DNA of 64,000 bases from Mobula hypostoma (lineage: Eukaryota). A program made the translations under genes and the position numbers. Position 1 is the stretch's first letter. Each line of letters begins with the position of its first letter. Shown here piece by piece: positions 38,843 through 49,325 of the stretch. The DNA is taken from positions 176,950,001 through 177,014,000 of the forward strand of contig NC_086097.1 of the NCBI RefSeq assembly GCF_963921235.1. Reading direction: 5' to 3'. A model generated the notes under the pieces. The model saw only the letters and a list, made by a program, of their open reading frames with translations. It was not told where the DNA came from and did not search any database.

Positions 38843-39202
38843 ATAGTGTGACATTCCCTCAGTAATGCCTGTCCAAAGGTGTGACTCTCCCTCACTACTG
38901 CCCCTCCCACAGTGTGACCCTCTCTCAGTGCTATTTCTCCCACAGTGTGACATTCCCTCAGTACTGTCCCTCCCACAGTGTGACACTCTCTCAGTACTGT
39001 CCCTCCCACAGTGTGACACTCCCTCAGCACTGCCCTTCCCACAATGTGACACTCCCTCTGCCCCTCTCACAGTGTGACACTCCCTCAGTACTGTCCCTCC
39101 CACAGTGTGACTTTCCCTCAGTAATGCCTCTCCCAGGGTGTGAGAATCCCTCACTACTGCCCCTCCGCAGTGTGACACTCCCTCAGTACTGCCCCTCCCA
39201 CA
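38843..39202. repeat. 33-bp minisatellite, about 11 units, resuming at 41553-41628 after a LINE insertion
   Basis: Period of 33 (units start at 38941, 38974, 39007); unit cacagtgtgacactccctcagtactgtccctcc. Confidence 0.93.
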
Positions 39203-41552
39203 GAATCAAGTTTATTATCACCGGCATGTGACGTGAAATTTGTTAACTTAGCAGCAGCAGAACAATGCAATACATAATCTAGCAGAGAGAAAATAATAAT
39301 AAATAAGTAAATCACTTACAGTATACATGTATTGAATGTATTAAAAAAGTGCAAAAAAGAGGAATACTGTATATTTAAAAAAGTGAGGTAGCATCCAAGG
39401 GTACAATGTCCATTTAGGAATCGGATGGCAGAGGGGAAGAAGATGTTCCTGAATCGCTGAGTGTGTGCCTTCAGGCTTCTGTACCTCCTACCTGATGGTA
39501 ACAGTGAGAAAAGGGCATGCCCTGGGTGCTGGAGGTCCTTAATAATGGACACTGCCTTTCTGAGACACCACTTCCTAAAGATGTCCTGGGTGCTTTGTAA
39601 GCTAGTACCCAAGATGGAGCTGACTAGATTTACAACCTTCTGCAGCTTCTTTCTATCCTGTCTAGTAGCCCCTCCATACCAGACAGTGATTCAGCCTGTC
39701 AGAATTCTCTCCATGGTACAACTATAGAAGTTTTTGAGTGTATTTGTTGACAGCCCAAATCTCTTCAAACTCCTAATGAAGTATAGTTGCTGTCTTGCCT
39801 TCTTTATAACTGCATCGATATGTTGTGAGTGGGCGGATGCATAGCAGATGCAGTTTAATGTGGATAAATGTGAGGAAGGCAGATTATTATCTAAATGGAG
39901 TCAAGTTAGGAAAAGGGGAAGTACAAAGAGATCTAGGTGTTCTTGTACATCAGTCACTGAAAGCAAGCATGCAGGTACAGCAGGCAGTGAAGAAAGCTAA
40001 TGGCATGCTGGCCTTCATAACATGGGGAATTGAGTATAGGAGCAAAGAGGTCCTTCTGCAGCTATACAGGGCCCTGGTGAGACCACACCTGGAGTATTGT
40101 GTGCAGTTTTGGTCTCCAAATTTGCGGAAGGACATTCTTGGTATTGAGGGAGTGTAGCATAGGTTCACAAGGTTAATTCCCGGGATGGCTGGACTGTCGT
40201 ATGTTGAAAGATTGGAGTGACTGGGCTTGTATACACTGGAATTTAGAAGGATGAGAGGGGATCTGATTGAAACATATAAGATTATTAAGGGATTGGACAT
40301 GCTGGAGGCAGGAAGCATGGTCCCACAGATGGGTGAGTCCAAAACCAGAGGCCACAGTTTAAGAATAAGGGGTAGGCCATCTAGAACAGAGTTGAGGAAA
40401 AACTTTTTTCACCCAGAGAATGGTGGATATGTGGAATGCTCTGCCCCAGAAGGCAGTGGAGGCCAAGTCTCTGGATTCTTTCAAGAAAGAGATGGATAGA
40501 GCTCTTAAAGATAGCGGAATCAAAGGTTATGGGATAAGGCAGGAACTGGGTACTGATTGTGGATAATCAGCCATGATCACAGTGAATGGCAGTGCTGGCT
40601 CGATGGGCCAAATGGCCTGCTCCTGCACCTATTGTCTATTGTCTATTGACCAGGTTAGATCCTCAGATATATTGACACCAAGGAACTTGAAACTGCTCAC
40701 TCTCTCCACTTCTGACCCTTCTATGAGGATTGGTATGTGCTCCTTGGTCTTACCCATCCTGAAGTTCACAATCAGCTCTTTCGTCTTATTGATGTTGAGT
40801 GCCAGGTTGTCGCTGTGGCACCATTCCACTAGTTGGCATATCTCACTCCTGTGCACCCTCTCGTCACCACCTGAGATACTACCAACAATGGTTACAGGTA
40901 TATTGTCAGCAAATTTATAGATGGTATTTGAGCTATGCCTAGCCACACAGTCATGTGTATATAAAGAGTAGAGCAGTGGGCTAAGCACACACCCCTGAGG
41001 TGCGCCAGTGTTGATCGTCAGCGAGGAGGATATGTTATCACCAATCCTCACAGATTGTGGTCTTCCAGTTAGGAAATCAAGCCTCCAATTGAAGAGGTAG
41101 GTTCAAAGGCCCAGATTCTGCAACTTCTCAATCAGGATTGTGGGAATGATGATATTAAATGCTGAGCTATAGTCGGTGAACAGCATCCTGACATAGGTTT
41201 GTGTTGTCCAAGTGCTCTAAAGCCATGTGGAGAGCCACTGAGACTGCATCTGCCATTGACTTATTGTGACGATAGACAAATTGCAGTGGGTCCACGTCCT
41301 TGCAGAAGCAGAAGTTCAGTCTAGTCATGACCAACCTCTCAAAGCATTTTATCAGTGTTGATATGAGTGCTACCGGGCAATAGTCATTAAGGCAGCTCAC
41401 ATTCTCCTTCTTAGGCACTGGTATAATTGTTGCTTTTTTGAAGTAAATGGGAACTTCCGCCTGTAGCAGTGAGAGGTTGAAAATGTCCTTGAATACTCTG
41501 ACCAGCTGGTTGGCACAGGCTTTCAGAGCCCTACCAGGTACTCCAGCGGGAC
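39203..41552 (-). mobile_element. 5'-truncated Rex1-type LINE interrupted by a CR1 fragment
   Basis: [69 protein letters not shown]. The 3' end reads aataaacttgattct on the minus strand. Confidence 0.92.
39826..40647 (+). mobile_element. CR1 3' fragment nested in Rex1, with (ctattgt)n tail
   Basis: QRDLGVLVH...AVKKANGMLAFI..LYRALVRPHLEYCVQFWSP. The host sequence rejoins as gatatgttg|gaccaggttag. Confidence 0.92.
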
Positions 41553-42159
41553 CTTCCCTCAGTGCCACTCCTTCCATTATGTGATGTTCCCTCAGTACTG
41601 CTCCTCCCAATGTGTGGCCCTCCCTCACAAAGCTGAAGATTCACAAGGATGGTACTGGGACCTGGAATGCTTGAGTTATAAGGAGAGACTAGATTGTCTG
41701 TCACTCTTTTCTCTGAACCTCAGAAGACTAAGGGGTAACCTTACCACGGTTTACAAAATCTTGGCGGACATAAATAATGTGAATTATGAATGGTTAAGGT
41801 CTCTTTCCCAGGGTAAGGACATCTAAAACTAGTAGTCATAGACTTAAGATGATGTAAGATTTATTTAGGGCCAGTTTTTTCTAAATAGGAGATGGTCTGT
41901 CTATGGAACAAGCTGCCAGAGAAGAGGGCCCACATTGGCTTCTTACCTCTTCTCATTACCTCCTTCCACTGTTCTCCTCTTCCATCAGGTTCCTATCAAG
42001 TTCTTTCTTCAACTTTGCATTTTACACTTTGGACAAATGGACGAATAGGAAAGGTTTAGAGGGATAAGGGCCAAATGCAGACAAATGGAACCATAGAACG
42101 TAGAATAGTACTGCACAGTACAGGCCCTTCGGCCCACAACGTTGTGCCGACCCGCAAAC

Positions 42160-45060
42160 CCTGCCTCCCATATAAGCCCCTACCTTAAATTCCTCCATAT
42201 ACCTGTCTCGTAGTCTTTTAAACTTCACCACTGTATCTGCCTCCACCACTGACTCAGGCAGTGCATTCCACGCACCAACCACTCTCTGAGTAAAAAACTT
42301 TCCTTTAATATCCCCCTTGAACTTCCCACCCCTTACCTTAAAGCTATGTCCTCTTGTATTGAGCAGTGGTGCCCTGGGGAAGAGGCGCTGGCTATCCACT
42401 CTATCTATTCCTCTAATTATCTTATACACCTCTATCATGTCTCTTCTCATCCTCCTTCTCTCTAAAGAGTAAAGCCCTAGCTCCCTTAATCTCTGATCAT
42501 AAAGCATACTTTCTAAACCAGGCAGCATCCTGGTAAATCTCCTCTGTACCATTTCCAATGCTTCCACATCCTTCCTATAGTGAGGTGACCAGAAGTGGAC
42601 ACAGTACTCCAAGTGTGGCCTAACCAGAGTTTTATACAGCTGCATCATTACATCGCAACTCTTAAACTCTGTCCCTCAACTTATGAAAGCTAGCACCCCA
42701 TAAGCTTTCTTAACTACCCTATCCACCTGTGAGGCAACTTTCAGGGATCTGTGGACATGTACCCCCAGATCCCTCTGCTCCTCCACACTACAAAGTATCC
42801 TGCCATTTACTTTGTACTCTACCTTGGAGTTTGTCCTTCCAAAGTGTACCACCTCACACTTCTCCAGGTTGAACTCCATCTGCCACTTCTCAGCCCACTT
42901 CTGCATCCTATCAATGTCTCTCTGCAATCTTTGACAATCCTCTACACTATCTACAACACCACCAACCTTTGTGTCGTCTGCAAACTTGCCAACCCACCCT
43001 TCTACCCCCACATCCAGGTCGTTAATAAAAATCACGAAAAGTAGAGGTCCCAGAACAGATCCTTGTGGGACACTACTAGTCACAATCCTCCAATCTGAAT
43101 GTACTCCCTCCAGCACCACCCTCTGCCTTCTGCAGGCAAGCCAATTCTGAATCCACCTGGAGAAACTTCCCTGGATCCCATGCCTTCTAACTTTCTGAAT
43201 AAGCCTACAGTGTGGAACCTTGTCAAATGCCTTACTAAAATCCATATAGATCACATCCACTGTACTACCCTCATCTATATGCCTGGTCATCTCCTCAAAG
43301 AACTCTATCAGGCTTGTTAGACACGATCTGCCCTTCACAAATCCATGCTGACTGTCCCTGATCAGACCATGATTCTCTAAATGCCTATAGATCCTATCTC
43401 TAAGAATCTTTTCCAACAGCTTTCCCACCACAGACGTAAGGCTCACTGGTCTATAATTACCCGGACTATCCCTACTACCTTTTTTGAACAAGGGGACAAG
43501 ATTCGCCTCCCTCCAATCCTCCGGTACCATTCCCGTGGACAACGAGGACATAAAGATCCTAGCCAGACGCTCAGCAATCTCTTCTCTCGCCTCGTGGAGC
43601 AGCCTGGGGAATATTCCGTCAGGCCCCAGGGACTTATCTGTCCTAATGTATTTTAACAACTCCAACACCTCCTCTCCCTTAATATCAACATGCTCCAGAA
43701 CATCAACCTCACTCATATTGTCCTCACCATCATCAAGTTCCCTCTCATTGGTGAATACCAAAGAGAAGTATTCATTGAGGACCTCGCTCACTTCCACAGC
43801 CTCCAGGCACATCTTCCCACCTTTATCTCTAATTGGTCCTACCTTCACTCCTGTCATCCTTTTTTTCTTCAGAATTGAAGAATGCCTTGGGGTTTTCCTT
43901 TACCATACTCGCCAAGGCCTTCTCATGCCCCCTTCTTGCTCTTCTCAGCCCCTTCTTAAGCTCCTTTCTTGCTTCCCTATATTCCTCAATAGGCCCATCA
44001 GATCCTTGCTTCCTAAACCTCATGTATGCTGCCTTCTTCCACCTGACTAGATTTTCCACCTCACTTGTCACCCATGGTTCCTTCACCCTACCATTCTTTA
44101 TCTTCCTCGCCGGGACAAATTTATCCCTAACATTCCGCAAAAGATCTCTAAACATCGACCACATGTCCATAGTATATTTCCCTGCAAAAACATCATCCCA
44201 ATTCACACCCGCAAGTTCTGGCCTTATAGCCTCATAACTTGCCCTTCCCCAATTAAAAATTTTCCTGTCCTCTGATTCTATCCTTTTCCATGATAATGCT
44301 AAAGGCCAGGGAGCGGTGGTCATTGTCCCCCAGATGCTCACCCACTGAGAGATCTGTGAGCTGACCCGGTTCATTACCTAGTACTAGATCTAGTATGGCA
44401 TTCTCCCTGGTCGGTCTGTCCACATACTGTGACAGGAATCCATCCTGGACACACTTAACAAACTCTGCTCCATCTAAACCCTTGGAATTAATCAGGTGCC
44501 AATCAATATTAGGGAAGTTAAAGTCACCCATGATAACAACCCTGTTATTTTTGCACCTTTCCAAAATCTGCCTCCCAATCTGCTCCTCTGTATCTCTACT
44601 GCTACCAGGGGGCTTATAGAATACCCCCAGTAGAGTAACTGCTCCCTTCCTGTTCCTGACTTCCACCCATATTGACTCAAAAGAGGATCCTGCTACATTA
44701 CCCACCCTTTCTATAGCTGTAATAGTATCCCTGACCAGTAATGCCACCCCTCCTCCCCTTTTTGCGCCCTCTCTATCCTTTTTAAAGCACTGAAATCCAG
44801 GAATATTGAGAATCCATTCCTGCCCTGGTTCCAGCCAAGTCTCTGTAATGGCCACTGCATCATAATTCCATGTATGTATCCAAGCTCTCAGTTTATCACC
44901 TTTGTTCCTGATGCTTCTTGCATTGAGGTACACACATTTCAGCCCTTCTACCTTACTGTCTTTACACCGTTTATTCTGCTTCTCTTTCCTCAAAGCCTCT
45001 CTGTATGGTTGGTCTGGCTTTACTTCATGCACTTCTTTCACTGCTCTGTCGCTCTGGGTC
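42160..45060 (-). pseudogene. CR1 ORF2 (APE endonuclease and reverse transcriptase), frameshifted into four pieces
   Basis: YLNARSIRNK, AITETWL, MGDFNFP, ILDLVLGN, DNDH; NYRPVSLTS, MDFSKAFD, VPQGSVLGP, KFADDTK. Confidence 0.93.
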
Positions 45061-45076
45061 CCATCCCCCTCATAAA

Positions 45077-46090
45077 TTAGTTTAAACCCTCCCGAACCAT
45101 GCTAGCAAACCTACCTGCAAGGATATTGCTCCCCGTCGAGTTCAGGTGCAACCCATCCAAACTGTGCAGGTCCCACCTTCCTCAGAAGAGATCCCAATGA
45201 TCTAAAAATCTAAAACCCTGCTCCCTGCACCAACTCCTCAGCCACGCATTCAACTGCCATCTCCTCCAATTCTTACCATCTCCTCCAATTCTTACCATCA
45301 CTGTCACGTAGCACTGGCAGCAATCCTGAGAACGCCACCCTTGAGGTCCTGTTCTTCAGCCTTCTGCCTGGTTCCCAAAACTCACACTTCAGGACCTCAT
45401 CCCTCTTCCTGCCTATGTCGTTGGTCCCAACATGTATCACGACTTCTGGTTGCTTTCCCTCTCGTACCAGGATGTCGTGCACCCGGTCAGAGACATCCTA
45501 GACCCTGGCACCTGGGAGGCAACAAACCATGCAGGTGTCCTTCTCACGTCCACAAAACCTCCTGTCTGCTCCCCTGACTATAGAGTCTCCAATGCAACAG
45601 CTGTCCTCTTCTCCGTCCCACCCTTCTGCACCACAGGGTCAGACTCAGTGCCGGAGGCCCTGCCACCGTGGCTCACACCTGGTCAGTCGTCCCTGCCAAC
45701 AGTATCCAGGATGGTAATATTATTCAGGGGAATAGCTACAGGGGTGCTCTACACTACCTGTCTGCTCACCTTCGCTTTCCCCCCTCTGACTGTCACCCAA
45801 CGACCTGCTTCCGACAGCCTAGGTGTGACTACCTCCCTGTAGCTCTCATCTATGACTGCCTCGTTCTCCCTTATGAGTCGAAGGTCATCCAGCTGCTGCT
45901 CCAGATTCCTTACACGGTCTTCCAGATCACCCAGCCGTATGCACTTCTGGCAGATGTGATTCTGTGGGAGAGGGGAGTTCTCCCAAGACTGCCACATCTC
46001 ACATGAGAGGCACATCACCATCTCAGAAGAGCAGACTCGATGGACCGAATGGCCTACTTCTGTTTCTTTGTCTTATGGTCTCTAAGACAT
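45077..46090 (-). pseudogene. CR1 ORF1 (zinc finger, leucine zipper, SGNH esterase-like domain), disrupted
   Basis: CLSCEMW..HICQKC..LEDRVRNLEQQLDDL and PEVVIHVGTNDIG. A 19-bp duplication at 45257-45294 and a 53-bp insertion near the start codon disrupt it. Confidence 0.85.
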
Positions 46091-46225
46091 TGTAAAAACT
46101 AACTGCGAGCAAGCTTGTCCTCCGCCTCTTCTCGTCGAAGCCTCTAGAGTCAAAGCCTCAAAGCTCCACTCCTTCACTGGCCCACTCACTCACTGCAGAT
46201 ATGATAGACATCTTGGAAGTGGAAA

Positions 46226-48410
46226 TGGAATTGGTTTATTATTATCACATGTTGTGAAATACAGTGAAAAGCTTGTCTTGCATAATGCTCATACAGATCA
46301 TATCATTACACAGAGCTTTGAGGTAGAACAAGATAGTAACAATACACAATAAAGTTTAACAGCTACAGACAAAATGCAGTGCAGGTAAGCAATAAGGTGC
46401 ATGATCATAACAAGCTAGATTGTGAGGTCAAGAGTACAACTTATTGTACTGGGGAACAATATAATAGCCAGATAAAAGTGAGGTTGAAGCTGTTCCTGAG
46501 CCTATTGGTATGTGCTTTCAGTTTTTAGTATGTTCTGCTCAATGAGAAGGGAACAAGAGAGAATATGTGGGGTAGGTGGGGTCTTTGTTATGTTCATTGT
46601 TTTACTGACGTAGAGAGATGTATAGATAAATCCATGGTGGAGATATAGGTTTCCTTGGAGTGTCCAGTTCCTTGCAGTCACATGCAAAGCAGTGATGCAT
46701 CCAGATAGGATGTTTTCCATGGTACATTGATAAAAATTAGTAAAGATTGACGGGGACATACCAATTTTCTCTAGCCGCCTGAGGAAGTAGAGGCATTAGT
46801 CAATAGTCTTGGCCATGGAGTCTATGTAGTTGAACCAGTCTATTGGTGATGTTCACTCCTTGGAGCTTCAAGCTCTCAATCATTTCAAATTCAACACTGA
46901 TGATATGGACAGGAACATGTGCACTTCCCCTTTTATGATATCAGTGACCAGCTCTTTTGTTTTGTTGACAATGAGGGAAAGGTTGTCATGACACCATGTT
47001 ACCACCACCTTCTGTATCCTAAGGCATCATTATTTGCGATATGGCCCATTATGGTGGTATCATCTGCAAATTTGTAGATGGTCTGGCCCCTTTCCCACGC
47101 AACACCCCTGGTCAGCTGGTCATTGCCTCCATACCTGTCCTTCGTAGAAAAATTCTTCAAGGCCAACGCATTTGACCACAAGGCCATTAGACAGTGGTCA
47201 GCATGTACTGTCCTGCAGGCACTGCAGGAGAAGGACGAGATGGACACAGTGGGGCGGTTCCCTGAGCAAACTGTCCAGTTCATCTGGCAAAATGCCTCAT
47301 CACCAGACCTCACCAACAGGCACAAAGATCTCGCCTGGCTGGCGGTGAGAGGAGCCCTCCCAGTCAGATCCCTCCTGTACACCCGGAATGTCGTCTCCGC
47401 ACCCCACTGCCCACGGGAGGACTGTAATGGAGTGGCTCACCTCTTTGCACACTGTGGGTTCGCAAAGAATGTGTGGAGGAGAATGGAAGGGACGGTGCTA
47501 AGATTCATGCCCAGCAGCTGCGTTACCGAGGACTCCGTGATCTACGGGCTGTTCCCGGGGACGCACACGGGCAAACATCCGGTGCTGCTGGCAGATCATC
47601 AATTCGGTGAAAGACGTGCTTTGGTCTGCCCGAAACTTGGTGGTCTGCCAGCACATGGAGATGTTGGTGACTGAATGCTGCCGGCTGGCTCACTCTCGCC
47701 TGCAGGAGAACGTGCTGAGGGATGCACTCAAGCTTGGTGCGGCCACCGCGAAGCCCCAGTGGGGAAGGACCACAGTTCAAGGTTCATCACCCGTGAGAGT
47801 GGGAGGGGTTGGGTGGGGAGGAGACTAACCCTCATCAGCGGTGTGGACAGATAATCAACATGGTGCCCCAGGAGTGGGTGGATTTGTTAATTTGGAAAAG
47901 GAATTAGAGCCAACGCCTGCCTTTATTGTTGATAATTTTATTGTTAATAAGTCTTAACTCTTGACCAAGGGTTGAGAGTAAATGATCGATTTATTGTAAA
48001 CATCTTTCATTTGTATATGAACAGAGAGTCAACACATAATTTTAGTGTAAATAACTTTATTTATTGAATAAGGACTCAGAGTCAACGAATGTTTTTTTCT
48101 TAAATGTATAAAACTTTATTTTGTAATAATTCTGAATAAAGTATTTTTGGAGAAGAAGAAAAAGAAAATTTGTAGATAGACTTAAAGCTGAATCTGTCCA
48201 CACAAACTTGAGCATACAAGGAGTAGGGTAGGGGCTGAGGACACAACCTCGTGGAGCACCAGTATTTAGAACAATTGTGGTGTAGGTGTTGCTGTCTGAC
48301 TTACTGATTGCGGTCTGTTGGTCAGGGAGTCAAGAATCCAGTTAAGAAGGAGGTGTTGACTCCTAGAGTCCGGAGTTTGGTGATGAATTTCTTGGAATTA
48401 TAGTATTGAA
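46226..48410 (-). mobile_element. Degenerate Rex1-type LINE interrupted by a Tx1 fragment
   Basis: IYKFADDTT, NFYQCTMENILSGCIT, and a GAPRGCVLSP remnant at ~48230-48262. Confidence 0.8.
47080..48165 (+). mobile_element. 5'-truncated Tx1-clade (L1-like) retrotransposon with a 12-bp TSD
   Basis: WQNASSPDLTNRHKDLAWLAVRGALPVR..HCPREDC..AHLFAHCGFAKNVW. AATAAA at 48135-48140 and an A-rich tail. TSD aaatttgtagat at 47068-47079 and 48166-48177. Confidence 0.88.
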
Positions 48411-49325
48411 GCATCTTGAACAAGTTGGGTCGATGGGCCTACTTCTGTACTTTATGACTCCATAACTCTTTGACTTTATGAAGCCATAAAGTAACCCCAT
48501 AACCCCGACACAAAGGTTTATAATGACAGATGGTGCAGAGGTGAAGGAGAAAGTCTCTGAATACTGTTAGACATCAAAATGCAAATTCTGTTCAACATTA
48601 CGCTAATTTTCTAAGTGATGATATGGTTCAATCTCTGCTGCTCAAACTCGTTAGCATAATGGCAAAGGTTAAGTCTTTTATGAATCAGTTGGCCGGGCAA
48701 CGTTTTAGAAGGACTCATTTATTTTATTACACTTCAATTAAAAATTATTTCCTGATGTTTAAGAGGGATCACTCAACGCAGCTGAATATGAGATAATCAC
48801 AAAAACGTAATAATTTTTAATAAGCGGACCTTGTCCATCACTTGATTTTAAATGACTCGAAAACGACTTTAAAAAGCACTGCAGGGAGAGGGAGATGTGT
48901 CTTGATGCCTTGTGTTTGTTCTGATCCAGAATGCAGTTCCTGGAACTATACACCTGAAATCCTGTTCCCTGAAAGTGAGTAGAACTTCTGCTTTTTCCAG
49001 TGCAAGGCATTCCTCAGGTCAACAACAAGAAGCATTAACATTTCTCCCTCCACAGATGCTGCTGTGTACTTCCAGCTTTTTGTGTTTTTATTTCAGATTC
49101 CTGCATTTATAAGATTACTGGCTGGTCCCCTGATGCGATAAGATGGAATCTTGGCATCATAACATACTTCATTCTGGCCTTCCACCTTACTGACTGCCTG
49201 CACTGCACTTTCTCTGAAACTAGAACACTTTATTCTGTATTCGCAAACACATTCGAAGTGATTGCGCAACGACCAACTGCGACTCCAGCCTTGAACTCCA
49301 GGCCGGGTCTTTATGTGCTGCTGTT

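Larger units (their letters stand above)
42088..46196 (-). mobile_element. Near full-length CR1 LINE (5' UTR, ORF1, ORF2, 3' tail) with disrupted ORFs
   Basis: ORF1 Cys/His finger, coiled coil and esterase-like motif; ORF2 APE endonuclease and RT; (ctatggtt)-like tail. Confidence 0.95.

Noticed and set aside
38843..39202. Regularly spaced ~33-bp repeats resembling a CRISPR array
   Set aside because: Units are contiguous with no unique spacers, there are no cas genes, and the context is vertebrate repeat DNA; it is a minisatellite.
38800..39231. Repetitive Cys/His-containing ORFs (RECHTVGG..., QYCPSHSVT...)
   Set aside because: Artefact of an 11-codon repeat period, open in several frames on both strands.
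48473..48492. Perfect 8-bp hairpin actttatg-aagc-cataaagt
   Set aside because: Short and AT-rich, next to a degenerate CR1 tail repeat; expected by chance in 64 kb.
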